Assembly: GCA_963730605.1 (NCBI GenBank)
Contig: CAVSSM010000007.1
Span: 128,001-192,000, forward strand
Origin: an uncultured Chlamydiae bacterium
GTDB taxonomy: Bacteria; Chlamydiota; Chlamydiia; Chlamydiales; SM23-39
Direction of reading: 5' to 3'
Length of the DNA stretch: 64,000 nucleotides
Shown here: positions 10,610-20,166 of the stretch, piece by piece
How positions within the stretch are numbered: position 1 is the stretch's first letter
Layout: each line of letters starts with the position of its first letter
The notes under the pieces: model-generated
What the model was told of the DNA's origin: nothing
Databases searched by the model: none
Seen by the model: only the letters and a program-made list of their open reading frames with translations
Made by a program: the position numbers and the translations under genes

Positions 10610-12073
10610 TTATTGAATTTTTCTTCGGAGCAATTCGTTGACGACTTGGGGGGAGGCTTTGCCGCGCGTGAGTTTCATGACTTGGCCGACGAGGAAGCCA
10701 AAGGCTTTGTCCCGTCCTGCCCTGAAATCGGCGACCGATTGGGGGTTTTCTTTGAGGACTTGCTCGACAAGAGGCTCGATGGAAGCGGTGTCTTCCATGG
10801 GCTGGTAGTCGGGGTTCTTCTTGACGATCGCCTCGGGATCCATCGCGGGCGATTCGACCATTTCATCGGCGACGTCTTTCGCGATGCGGCCTGTGATCTT
10901 ATGTTGGTCGATCATCAGCACGAGTTTTGCGACATGGAGAGGGGGAATGCCGAGTTCGAGAAGCGTTTTCCCCATGCCTTTCAGGCGTCCGGCGAATTCG
11001 ACAGTGATCCAATTGCAAAGGAGGCGTGGATTCTTGCAGATGGCATTCGCTTCCTCGAAATAATCGGAAAGGGCTTTTTCATTGATGAGGGTCGATGCGG
11101 CGTACTCGGTTAGTCCCAGGTCGGAAACGTACCGCTTGAACCGGTTATGGGGAAGTTCGGGAAGGGCGTCTTGGATTTGGTCGAGATATTCTTCTGTGAG
11201 GACAAGGGGAGGAAGGTCCGGCTCGGGAAAATAGCGATAGTCGTCGGAGCTCTCTTTTTTCCGCATCAAAACGGTTTGTTTCAAGTCGGCGTCCCAACGG
11301 TAGGTCCCAGGGGGAATCAGTTCCAGGTGAGGTCGATGAGGATGGGAAATATAGAGGGCGATCTGCCGGCTCATTTCCCCGGTGAGCGCCATTTCGAGGA
11401 AGGAGAAGGAATTCATATTTTTGATTTCGACGCGCGGACGCAAGGAAGTTTCTCCCTTGGGACGGACGGAGATGTTCGCGTCGATCCGCAAACTTCCCTC
11501 TTCCATATTGCCATCGCAAGCGTCGAGATAGAGGAGGATCGCCCGGATCGCCATCGCATAGGCAGAGGCTTCTACTGGCGAATGGATGCACGGCTCCGAT
11601 ACGATTTCGATGAGCGGCGCGCCCGCGCGATTATAATCGACGCCGGCAAAGTTGGTGAAATGCTTCAACATCCCGGCATCGTCTTCGAGATGGGCCCGGT
11701 TCACGGAAAATGTTTTGGTTTTCCCCTCCACATCAGCAAAGACAGATCCGCCTCGAATGATAGGGGTTTCAAATTGGGTGATTTGAAAATTGCGGGGGCT
11801 GTCTGGATAGAAGTAGGATTTCCGGTCGAACGCACTCACTTTAGAGATTTTCCCGCCGATGGCAAGGCCGAACTGAACCGCTTTGCGCACAGCCTCCTTG
11901 TTGATCACCGGCAGCGCTCCGGGCTGGCCCGTGCAGACGTAGGAGATGTTCGTGTTCGGCTCATCGCCGAACCGGTTTGGGGCTGGGCTGAAGATTTTAG
12001 ACCGGGTGTTCAACTGGGCATGGATCTCAAGTCCAATGACAGGTTCCCAGAGGTCGTAGGGCAGGTCTTTCAT
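10610..12073 (-). CDS. gatB: Asp/Glu-tRNA amidotransferase subunit B
   Basis: VIGLEIHAQL, FDRKSYFYPD, HLEDDAG and DYRYFPEPDL motifs. Confidence 0.98.
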   Translation of the reverse strand: MKDLPYDLWEPVIGLEIHAQLNTRSKIFSPAPNRFGDEPNTNISYVCTGQPGALPVINKEAVRKAVQFGLAIGGKISKVSAFDRKSYFYPDSPRNFQITQFETPIIRGGSVFADVEGKTKTFSVNRAHLEDDAGMLKHFTNFAGVDYNRAGAPLIEIVSEPCIHSPVEASAYAMAIRAILLYLDACDGNMEEGSLRIDANISVRPKGETSLRPRVEIKNMNSFSFLEMALTGEMSRQIALYISHPHRPHLELIPPGTYRWDADLKQTVLMRKKESSDDYRYFPEPDLPPLVLTEEYLDQIQDALPELPHNRFKRYVSDLGLTEYAASTLINEKALSDYFEEANAICKNPRLLCNWITVEFAGRLKGMGKTLLELGIPPLHVAKLVLMIDQHKITGRIAKDVADEMVESPAMDPEAIVKKNPDYQPMEDTASIEPLVEQVLKENPQSVADFRAGRDKAFGFLVGQVMKLTRGKASPQVVNELLRRKIQ

Positions 12074-12074
12074 A

Positions 12075-13538
12075 TTACTCCTCATCCAGGAATGCAGGAG
12101 GGATGCGGGAAAAGCGGGTCGCCTGCTCATAGGCATAGGCATAACGCATCACGGAAACATCGCACATTTGAGGCCCAGTGATTTGGATGCCGAGAGGGAG
12201 GCCATCAAAGTCAAAACCCGAAGGGATGCTGATCGCCGGCAATCCGGCGAGATTGGCGGGTACGGTGAAAATATCTTGGAGATACATTTGGATAGGATCT
12301 TGGATAGAGCCGGCTTTAAAAGCAGCCGAGCTCGTTACGGGCGTGACGATGCAATCGCAAATTTCAAAGGCTTTCTCGAACGCCTCGATGATTAACGATC
12401 GGACCTTTTGGGCTTTTTTGTAAAAGGCGTCTTGAAATCCGGCAGAAAGAACATAGGTTCCAAGGATGATCCGCCTCTTCACTTCACGCCCGAATCCCTC
12501 TTTGCGCGACAAATCATAGATCTGCTCAAGCGTTTTGGCCTGATGGGAGCGGTGGCCGTAACGGATGCCGTCGAAGCGGGCAAGATTGGTCGAGGCTTCG
12601 GCGGTTGCCAAAATATAATAGACCGCGATCGAATATTTGAGCACATCCAGATCCACCTCGATGGTTTTAGCGCCAAGCGCGCGCAGGATGTCAAGCGCGT
12701 CCAGAAAGTTCTTCTGGATTTCCGGGTTGAGGTTCTCGAGGTACCTGTTGGGGATGCCGATCTTGATATCCTTGAGGTCGCGGGTCAACTTGTAAGGTTC
12801 GGGAGGAAGGTCAAGAGAAGTGGAGTCAAAGCGGCAAGATCTACCGATCGTCTCCATAGCCAGCGCCGCATCGGCGACAGTCCCGGCCAATGGGCCGATC
12901 TGATCTAGGGAAGATCCAAAGGCCACCAGCCCATAGCGGGAAACTCGTCCATAGGTCGGTTTGAACCCGACGATTCCGCAAAAGCCCGCCGGCTGCCGTA
13001 TCGAGCCGCCCGTATCGCTGCCCGTAGCGAGCAGCGCCAAGCGCGCGGAGACCGCCGCGGCCGAGCCTCCCGAAGAGCCGCCCGGCACGCGCTTCAAATC
13101 CCACGGGTTGCGCGCTGGAAAATAGGCCGAATTCTCATTCGAGGAGCCCATAGCGAATTCATCCATATTGGTCTTGCCGATCAAGAGAGCATCTTCCTCC
13201 TGGAGTAGGCGGACCGCTGTGGCATCGAACGGAGCTTTGTAGTTTTGAAGGAACTTCGATCCGCAGGTCGTCTTCTCGCCTGCGATATGCATGTTGTCTT
13301 TGATGGCGACCGGAATCGCGGCGAGCCTTCCGAGCGGTTTGCCGCTTGCGCGCTTTTTGTCGAGCGCCTCAGCCTGGCCGAGAACCCTCGGGCTCAAAAC
13401 GTTGAGAAAGGCTCCGAGAGTCTCTCCATGCTTTTCGATCCTCTTTAAGAAATGCTGGGCAATTTGGACAGCGGTGATTTCGCCTTTCAGGAAGGCGCTT
13501 CGCAGTTCCACGGCAGAGAGATGGTGCATTGGCTTCAC
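12075..13538 (-). CDS. gatA: Glu-tRNA amidotransferase subunit A
   Basis: Amidase signature GKTNMDEFAMGSS, PGGSSGGSAAAV, GSDTGGSIRQPA. Confidence 0.98.
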   Translation of the reverse strand: MKPMHHLSAVELRSAFLKGEITAVQIAQHFLKRIEKHGETLGAFLNVLSPRVLGQAEALDKKRASGKPLGRLAAIPVAIKDNMHIAGEKTTCGSKFLQNYKAPFDATAVRLLQEEDALLIGKTNMDEFAMGSSNENSAYFPARNPWDLKRVPGGSSGGSAAAVSARLALLATGSDTGGSIRQPAGFCGIVGFKPTYGRVSRYGLVAFGSSLDQIGPLAGTVADAALAMETIGRSCRFDSTSLDLPPEPYKLTRDLKDIKIGIPNRYLENLNPEIQKNFLDALDILRALGAKTIEVDLDVLKYSIAVYYILATAEASTNLARFDGIRYGHRSHQAKTLEQIYDLSRKEGFGREVKRRIILGTYVLSAGFQDAFYKKAQKVRSLIIEAFEKAFEICDCIVTPVTSSAAFKAGSIQDPIQMYLQDIFTVPANLAGLPAISIPSGFDFDGLPLGIQITGPQMCDVSVMRYAYAYEQATRFSRIPPAFLDEE

Positions 13539-13545
13539 GAATGTA

Positions 13546-13702
13546 TCCTGAAATTCTTAATGATTGATCTTTGCGCCCTTTTGGACGATTTTTGGGCCTC
13601 CGGCTTCATTAAGATTTCGCACCCAATATCAATTTCGGCCAACATTCGCCCCAAAAATCGTTTCAAAATCATCGCAAATCTCAATGTTAAGAATTTCCGG
13701 TA
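13546..13702. mobile_element. Fold-back MITE with TA duplication between gatC and gatA
   Basis: Ends CCTGAAATTCTTAA / TTAAGAATTTCCGG, complementary arms, flanked by TA inside the palindromic target GAATG-TA-CATTC. Confidence 0.75.
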
Positions 13703-13707
13703 TACAT

Positions 13708-14010
13708 TCATTGAGGTTTTAAAACGGGCGGAACCCGGATCATCCCTGCGATTTGGTCAGGAGCGTTGGCCAAAAATTGTTCCCGGCTGAGCAGGTTTTC
13801 GGCAACGTCCTCCCGCAACCTGTTTCCAGCCATCCAATTCAAAACGAAGTTGCAGGGCTTGGCTTTCTCGGTCTTGACCTCGTCCAGTTGCTTGACATAT
13901 TCGAGAATGCGCTTAAGGCTCCCGAGGATATCTTCTTCCTCTTCGGGGTCGCATTCTATCCGGCTGAGCTTCATCAAGTGCTCAAGTGTCTGTTTATCAA
14001 AATCCGCCAT
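13708..14010 (-). CDS. gatC: Asp/Glu-tRNA amidotransferase subunit C
   Basis: LMKLSRI...ILEYVKQLDEV...LREDV...LANAP...RVPPVL; upstream of gatA. Confidence 0.95.
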   Translation of the reverse strand: MADFDKQTLEHLMKLSRIECDPEEEEDILGSLKRILEYVKQLDEVKTEKAKPCNFVLNWMAGNRLREDVAENLLSREQFLANAPDQIAGMIRVPPVLKPQ

Positions 14011-14138
14011 AACCAGCAAAGATTCTACTGCTTTCACTGTTTTATCCACAACTGGAGTCTTGAGTGATAAGCCTTTCCAATCTCTAGATGACAACCTAAG
14101 GAATTTGTATTAAGATGAAATTAGTGGAGGGGCTTTAT

Positions 14139-14378
14139 ATGAGAAGTATTCGATTCATCGCTCTATTGTTGGTAGTGATCGGGGCCTTAAATTGGGGGCT
14201 AGTTGGATTTTTCCGATATGACCTTATTTCAGATATTTTCGGCGGCATGGATAGTATGGGCGCCAGGGTCATTTTTGCGCTTGTAGGGTTGGCTGGGCTT
14301 TTTTGCATCGGCTGTCTATGCCAGTGCTGCAGCTGTAAATGCGGCAAATGCAGCCCAAAGTGCAACTATAAGAAGTAA
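14139..14378 (+). CDS. DUF378-family small membrane protein with Cys-rich tail
   Basis: LVVIGALNWGLVGFF...DL...IFG...LVGLAG signature. Confidence 0.85.
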   Translation: MRSIRFIALLLVVIGALNWGLVGFFRYDLISDIFGGMDSMGARVIFALVGLAGLFCIGCLCQCCSCKCGKCSPKCNYKK

Positions 14379-14388
14379 GATTTCAGAG

Positions 14389-15278
14389 ATGCGCATCTTA
14401 GTATCGGGGGCCTCCGGCTTTATTGGCAGGTTCCTAGTTTCTTATTTTTCTAAGAAACAGTGGGAAATCATGCCCCTTGCGCATGAAATGGTCTCTCCCG
14501 AAGAGATTCGCTGGCGAACACCCGCCGGAGTTTCCCTCGAAGATTTCGATGCGGCCATCCATTTAGCGGGCGAGCCGCTTGGTTTCGGCCGCTGGTCGGA
14601 AGCGAAGAGGCGGAAGATCCTCTTTACGCGCTCTTCTGGAACTTTAGAGATTTCCCGAGCTTTAGCTTACCTTCGCCGCCCCCCTCCTGTTTTCATTGCC
14701 GCTTCAGGCGTTGGGTTTTATGGCGACCGCGGCGAAGAGCTGCTGCATGAAGGAAGCGCGCCAGGCAAAGGATTTTTAGCCCATGTCTGTAAGGAATGGG
14801 AAGAGGGGAGCCGGCCGATTGCGAGTCGGGGTTCTCGGGCCATCCAGGCCCGCTTCGGGATGGTATTGGGAGAGGGGGAGCTCTTCGAAAAATGGCTCCT
14901 ATTTACCGAATGGGGCTGGGAGGGAGGCTGTCGACGGGAAAGCAGTGGGTCAGCTGGGTTGCCATAACAGATCTGGCCTTGGCGCTTGATCATATCCTTC
15001 GGACAGAAACACTGCGCGGACCTGTCAATATCGTCTCGCCTCATGCGGTGCGCCAGGAGGAATTCAGCCGCACGCTTGCCGAGGTTCTCCATCGCCCGGC
15101 GTTTTTTCATCTTCCCGCATGGCTGCTCCGCCTTCGATTCGGCGCATTTGCGGACGAGGTTCTTCTCCCAAGCGCGCACGCCGTGCCTCAAAAACTCATC
15201 GCGACGGGATTCCATTTCAAATATCCCGACCTTAAAGATGCCCTGCGGAAGATTATATACCCCTTGACAACACTTTAG
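14389..15278 (+). CDS. TIGR01777/YfcH-family NAD-dependent epimerase (one frameshift)
   Basis: GASGFIG, IHLAGE and GFYGDRGEE in one frame; GLGGRLSTGKQWVSWV and GPVNIVSP in another; shift near 14868. Confidence 0.88.
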
Positions 15279-15366
15279 CGATCGGATAAAATTTGCGTCT
15301 ACCCCCAAGCGATGGTGCGTCGTTGGGGATGTGAACCTATCTCTTTAACACAAGGAGTGTTGTTTT

Positions 15367-15582
15367 ATGTTAGCAATCGGAGCAGTCATTATCCTTGCAG
15401 CTAATCTCGCTGATCCATCGGAACCAAATAGTTTGGCCTCAAACGAAGCTGCGGAAACGGCAACGGTATTGGAAGAATATATGGACAGCGAACTGCCCAC
15501 AGAGGAGATCGCGCTCGAGGGCCTCGACGATTCTCTTTTGATCAATTTAGAATCTGAAATGCAGGAAGAATTCGAAGAGTAG
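15367..15582 (+). CDS. Small exported acidic hypothetical protein
   Basis: AAGGAG RBS, signal-like N-terminus, Glu-rich body. Confidence 0.55.
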   Translation: MLAIGAVIILAANLADPSEPNSLASNEAAETATVLEEYMDSELPTEEIALEGLDDSLLINLESEMQEEFEE

Positions 15583-15611
15583 GACCTGTTTACTCTAAGG
15601 AGTGAGGGCGC

Positions 15612-16217
15612 ATGATAGGCGGAATCAATCCTTGGGCCACCATGTGGACGAGCCCCCGGTCTACGATCAGGAGCATCGTCAATGCCAACCCAAGTTACGG
15701 GGTCTTCTATCTCGCCTGGATGTATGCCCTCCAAGCCTATTTTTTCTTTGCAAGCTATTGGTCTTTCGGACTTTCTTTTTCCTTTTTCCCAATTCTCCTA
15801 GCTGGGCTTCTTTTTGCCCCTTTGATGGGATGGATCTGGGTTTATTTCACAGGATGGATCCTTCACCTGACTGGCAGATGGTTGGGCGGGCAAGCTTCCA
15901 TGTCTCACCTCCGGACAGCCGCCGCCTGGTCGAAACTCCCTGCCTCGATCTCCTTGGCAATGTGGCTCATCCTCATGATTGCAAGCAGAAATTTTGTGTT
16001 CATCCATGGCGTTTCAGGCCCTTCCACTCTCTTCATTCACTTCATCCTATTCATTCTTTCCATCTGGTCTTTCGTCCTCTTGATTCTATCCGTGCAAGAG
16101 GTTCAAGGTTTCGCCCTTCTCAGAAGCATCCTGAATGTCATCTTCGCTGGAGTGCTTTCTTGGATTGTCTCCTTTCTCATTTTTCTCGTTTCTCGATATA
16201 TCTATACTCAAGTATGA
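15612..16217 (+). CDS. Yip1-family membrane protein
   Basis: NPWATMWTSPRSTI and TGRWLGGQAS...AAAWS motifs, multiple TM segments. Confidence 0.8.
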   Translation: MIGGINPWATMWTSPRSTIRSIVNANPSYGVFYLAWMYALQAYFFFASYWSFGLSFSFFPILLAGLLFAPLMGWIWVYFTGWILHLTGRWLGGQASMSHLRTAAAWSKLPASISLAMWLILMIASRNFVFIHGVSGPSTLFIHFILFILSIWSFVLLILSVQEVQGFALLRSILNVIFAGVLSWIVSFLIFLVSRYIYTQV

Positions 16218-16297
16218 GGCATAACCGTTTAATTTTATTAGTTTTATTTGTTGTTTCTCGTTATTTATTGCTTGTTAATTCTTTTTAACTTTAAGAT

Positions 16298-16397
16298 GAG
16301 CTTGGGCGTCCAAGGGATCCGGCGCCTCTAGCCCCTCGATTGAGCTACGGTGCAGCAAGAGTGTGGGGGTTGGAGGCGCCAGAGACCTTGTAAGCTC
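16298..16397 (+). ncRNA. Candidate structured RNA or 5' leader
   Basis: Rod fold GGCGCCTCTAGCCCC / GGGGTTGGAGGCGCC with apical c(TACG)g loop; TTGCTT-N18-TAAGAT promoter-like sequence upstream. Confidence 0.45.
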
Positions 16398-16406
16398 TTA
16401 TAAGCT

Positions 16407-17072
16407 ATGGATATCCTAATGAACCCTTGGATTTCAATTTGGACGGAGCCTAGGAAGACGATTGCTAGAATCGTCGATGAAAATCCTAAGAGGGATTTAT
16501 GGATTCTGGCATGGATCTATGGGTTTTTGTCATTTATGAACGGCAGCCAATCGTTCGTTTTAGGAAATAAATTTCAGTTCTTCGGGATTATTGTTTTCTC
16601 GATCCTCATAGCTCCCCTTTGGGGGATGCTTGTCTTTGCGGTCTGGAGCTTTGTCATTCATCTGATCGGCAAACTGTTGAAAGGGAAAGCAAGTTTCTCT
16701 TATGTGCGAGCCGCATTCGCTTGGTCGTGCGTTCCCCTTACTGTGAACATCGCTCTCTGGATCTTGCTTCTTTTGGTATTTGGGAGAACTCTTTTTCAAA
16801 CGGCGCAGCCTACCACAGGGCCGATCATTCTCCTCACCCTCGTCCTCATCGCAAAAGTGATCATCATGATCTGGTCCCTAGTGATTTACATCAACGCTTT
16901 AGCGGAAGTGCAACAGTTTTCGATCGGACGCTCGATCGTAAATATCCTCCTTGCATGGATCGCGGTCGCAGTTGTGGTCGCGATCTTTTGGGTGGTTTTG
17001 GCATCTCTTATAACCCAGTCGCTGAGCCCATCTCAGGCAGTAATAAACTTAACGCTTAGGATGCAAATATGA
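16407..17072 (+). CDS. Yip1-family membrane protein (tandem paralog)
   Basis: NPWISIWTEPRKTI, IGKLLKGKAS...RAAFAWS and LAEVQQFS motifs. Confidence 0.82.
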   Translation: MDILMNPWISIWTEPRKTIARIVDENPKRDLWILAWIYGFLSFMNGSQSFVLGNKFQFFGIIVFSILIAPLWGMLVFAVWSFVIHLIGKLLKGKASFSYVRAAFAWSCVPLTVNIALWILLLLVFGRTLFQTAQPTTGPIILLTLVLIAKVIIMIWSLVIYINALAEVQQFSIGRSIVNILLAWIAVAVVVAIFWVVLASLITQSLSPSQAVINLTLRMQI

Positions 17073-17626
17073 AGAAAGAATCGGTTAAAAAACTAGGCAT
17101 CTGGCTTTTGGCGATCGGCCTACTCGTCGTCCATATTCTTTTCCGATCTACAGTCCATGCGGCGCCTGTGGAACCATGGAAGCAATTCTTCACTCAAGAT
17201 GGGGGCTGCTCGATCTCTTTTCCCAGTGAACCGACTCTCGTCCAGCAATCCTTGAGGGTCGCTGACGGCCAGTTGCTCAAGTACGACATTTATCTTGCAC
17301 CCTTCGAAGAGAAAGGCGTATTCATGCTGCTCGTCGCCACTTACCCGCAAACTTTGCCGGGCGGTCATGAAGTGGCGGGATTGGAAGGGCTTTTAAAAGG
17401 GCTGGTCGGCCATAACGTCGAAAATAAGCTTGTGTTCGCCAATTTAGTGGACTATGCGGGGCATCCGGCGATGAATTTCCTGGTCCAAAGCCTCTCCAAT
17501 TATTTCAGGGGACATGCCTTGATGTCGGGAAACAAACTTTTCCTAATCGCGATGGAAGGGCGCAAAGCGGACTTGGATGAAAAAACCTTCAGCCGTTTCC
17601 TCGAATCGTTCAAGCTTTCGAAGTGA
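17069..17626 (+). CDS. Exported hypothetical protein
   Basis: Signal peptide (VHA-AP); overlaps the upstream stop codon; 185 aa. Confidence 0.7.
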   Translation: MKKESVKKLGIWLLAIGLLVVHILFRSTVHAAPVEPWKQFFTQDGGCSISFPSEPTLVQQSLRVADGQLLKYDIYLAPFEEKGVFMLLVATYPQTLPGGHEVAGLEGLLKGLVGHNVENKLVFANLVDYAGHPAMNFLVQSLSNYFRGHALMSGNKLFLIAMEGRKADLDEKTFSRFLESFKLSK

Positions 17627-17629
17627 TCT

Positions 17630-18517
17630 CTAAAATCCATAGTCGACGGTCAGCCCTGCATAGGGGGCGCCTTCGACTTCGGTGTATTGAGCTTTTCGAC
17701 CGAATTGGTTTTTGATGTAGAAGTTCCCCCCGAAATTATAGCCTGCGAAGAGTTGAATGTCCAACCAGAGAAACTGTTCGTATTCAACGTTGAATTCTGT
17801 GCCGACAGTCGAGTAGTTGAAGACCGACCTCGCTTGAGGCTCATGGCTGCCCGTACGGAAACGCTCCTTGAGGGGGCGTCCTTTAATGGAGAAGCTCCAG
17901 TTCTTGTTCAATTTGTACCGGATCGAATATGTGATGGGGAAGACTAGTTCGATGCTCCAAGTTTTATTCGGTTCCCAATCAAGCCCAAGGATTGGATATA
18001 CTGGGGCGGATTCCATTCCAACCGATCCAAGCACCCCGACGTGGAAGTGCCATTTCTTATGCAGGGTGTACTTGCCCCAGATCAATAGTGAAAAGTAGCC
18101 GTAGAGGGATGGCTGGGAGAAATGCTCAAGGTCGAGATTGTAGGTGCCTTGGAGGATCCACCTCCAATCATCCAGGCCGCTGCTATAGAATGTGAGGCCG
18201 AATTGCGCGTAGTAGAAATGTGTCTCGTTGAACTTTTGGTTTTGGTTCCAATCGAGAGTAAAATTGTTGAACTCGACGCGGGGAATAAAATAGGAATGCC
18301 TATTGATCGGCACGAGCAAGTTGAGGTAAGCGTTGTTTTTCCGGAAGTAGAGGTGTCCATTGTCGGTCGCGTCGAGATCCGCTCTCCCGATCCTGAGGAT
18401 ATTGCCGCCGATATGGAGAGGATGGACGTCCCAGTAAGAAAAGGAAACGTCTTTTTCCTCGCCTAAAAGGAGGAGTGGGAAAAGCGCGCAAATTACAAAT
18501 CTGACTATTCTCTTCAT
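17630..18517 (-). CDS. Outer-membrane beta-barrel protein
   Basis: Signal peptide, alternating aromatic strands, C-terminal DYGF. Confidence 0.7.
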   Translation of the reverse strand: MKRIVRFVICALFPLLLLGEEKDVSFSYWDVHPLHIGGNILRIGRADLDATDNGHLYFRKNNAYLNLLVPINRHSYFIPRVEFNNFTLDWNQNQKFNETHFYYAQFGLTFYSSGLDDWRWILQGTYNLDLEHFSQPSLYGYFSLLIWGKYTLHKKWHFHVGVLGSVGMESAPVYPILGLDWEPNKTWSIELVFPITYSIRYKLNKNWSFSIKGRPLKERFRTGSHEPQARSVFNYSTVGTEFNVEYEQFLWLDIQLFAGYNFGGNFYIKNQFGRKAQYTEVEGAPYAGLTVDYGF

Positions 18518-18585
18518 CCGTGGGCCAGATTGAATCATAGAAATTGAGAATTAATATTTCAATTGTCATATGTCATAATGTTCAA

Positions 18586-20166
18586 TCATTCCCCAACCAT
18601 GCGGGCGAATTCCTGCTCGCGCTGATGGGGCCCAAGCTTTGTTATGAAAGTAGCGGCGCGCCCTTGTTCTTCTCGTTTCACCACGGCGAAATGGTGCATA
18701 GCTGCGCGGGCGACTTGAACGAAATGGGTGACGCAAATCACTTGCCGCTTTTTTGCGAGCTCTTTCAATTTTTCACCTAATACCGCAGCCGCGTGGCCTC
18801 CGACGTTGCTGTCGATCTCATCGAAAATCAAACATCCGACGCTCTCCTTTTCGGCCAAAGCTACCTTCATCGCAAAGAGCAGGCGTGAAAGCTCCCCTCC
18901 GCTTGTGGCCCGCTCCATTGGAAGAGGGGTCTGGCCAGGATTGGCTGCAAAGAGGAAGCGGATCTCATCGATGCCGTTTGAAGAGAGAGGTTTGGGGGCG
19001 ATCTCCACCTCGAACTGAGCGTGAGGCAGATTGAGGCACTTCAATTCTTTGAGCACCTCTTGCCTTAAATGTTTGGCGGCGCTTAGCCGCTTTCCGGAGA
19101 GTTTTTTTGCCAAGTCCGCCGAATTCTTTTCGAGCTCTTTCACCTTTTCAGTCAGAGCTGCCTGGAGGTCATCGAGATCTGCGAGCCGATCGATCTCAAC
19201 GGCCAACTTCGCTTTGTGTTTTTGGACCTCTTCCCAGGAGGGGCCGTAGCGCCGTTTCAAGGCTTCGATCGCCCCGATCCGGCTTTCGATCGCTGCAAGC
19301 CGAGCAGGGTCGGCCTCGAGGCGAGCTTTATAAGAGCCCAAAAAATGGTCCGCTTCAATGAGTTCAAGGGCGGCCGTCTTGACGGCTTCAACTGTAGGGG
19401 CAAGACTCAGGTCTAACGCGAGAGCACTTTCCAGGATGTGGGAAAGGCGCCGCGTATGAGGGGCTATGCTAGAGAGCCCCTCGAGGACAGCGGCCATTTT
19501 CTCGGTCAATTCTTGGGTATGGGTGAGAATGAGGTGGGCTGCCGTCAAACTCTCCTCTTCTTCCTTTTGCCAATTCACTTCCTCGATCTCTTTCAAACCT
19601 GATTCAGCCCATTCGAGATCGCGGCTGCGGCTCAGTCCCGCACTTGCCGCTTCTTCTCTCTCTTTTTTTGCCGCGGTCAATTCCGTAAAGGCATCGGAGA
19701 GGATCTCTGCCTCTTTTTCCAGACCGGCATAGGCGTCAAGGATTTTCTTCTGCGTTTCGGCAACGCAGAGCTCGCTTGCGCTGCCCTGGTCCACCATTTC
19801 CAACAAGGGGCGCACAAGTTCTCTCAAAACGGCTGCGCTGACGAGGCTGTCTTCGATAAAAGAGCGGCTTTTGCCGGTACGGTGGATCTCTCGGCGCACC
19901 GTAAGAGGCTCTCCCGGGGGAGGAGGATCGATTTCAGCGAGGAGCTCCTTGGAATAAGTTGTAAATTTTGCCTCGACGATTCCGGCGGCGGCGCCCGCGC
20001 GGATCCATTCCACATCGGCCCGCTCGCCCGCGATCAAGCGGATGGCAGAGAGAATCGCCGATTTGCCCGATCCAGTTTCCCCGGTAAAAATATTGAGGCC
20101 GCCTCCAAACTCGATGTCGGCTTTTTCGATCAGGATCAGGTCTTGGAGCTTAAGATGAGATAACAT
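18586..20166 (-). CDS. recN: DNA repair protein RecN
   Basis: FTGETGSGKS Walker A, SGGELSR, IFDEIDSNVGG and VICVTH motifs. Confidence 0.96.
   Translation of the reverse strand: MLSHLKLQDLILIEKADIEFGGGLNIFTGETGSGKSAILSAIRLIAGERADVEWIRAGAAAGIVEAKFTTYSKELLAEIDPPPPGEPLTVRREIHRTGKSRSFIEDSLVSAAVLRELVRPLLEMVDQGSASELCVAETQKKILDAYAGLEKEAEILSDAFTELTAAKKEREEAASAGLSRSRDLEWAESGLKEIEEVNWQKEEEESLTAAHLILTHTQELTEKMAAVLEGLSSIAPHTRRLSHILESALALDLSLAPTVEAVKTAALELIEADHFLGSYKARLEADPARLAAIESRIGAIEALKRRYGPSWEEVQKHKAKLAVEIDRLADLDDLQAALTEKVKELEKNSADLAKKLSGKRLSAAKHLRQEVLKELKCLNLPHAQFEVEIAPKPLSSNGIDEIRFLFAANPGQTPLPMERATSGGELSRLLFAMKVALAEKESVGCLIFDEIDSNVGGHAAAVLGEKLKELAKKRQVICVTHFVQVARAAMHHFAVVKREEQGRAATFITKLGPHQREQEFARMVGE

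Noticed and set aside
11147..12181. Long antisense or alternate-frame ORFs (e.g. 344 aa here, 359 aa at 26205)
   Set aside because: Shadow frames of well-conserved genes in GC-rich DNA, with no motifs.
15303..15328. Fluoride riboswitch (GCGATGGTG...TCG)
   Set aside because: Only a short hairpin; the 3' pseudoknot motif and a fluoride-related downstream gene are absent.
16298..16397. SRP (4.5S) RNA call
   Set aside because: Right size and contains GCAGC, but lacks the CAGG-stem-GNRA-stem-AGCA helix-8 pattern.
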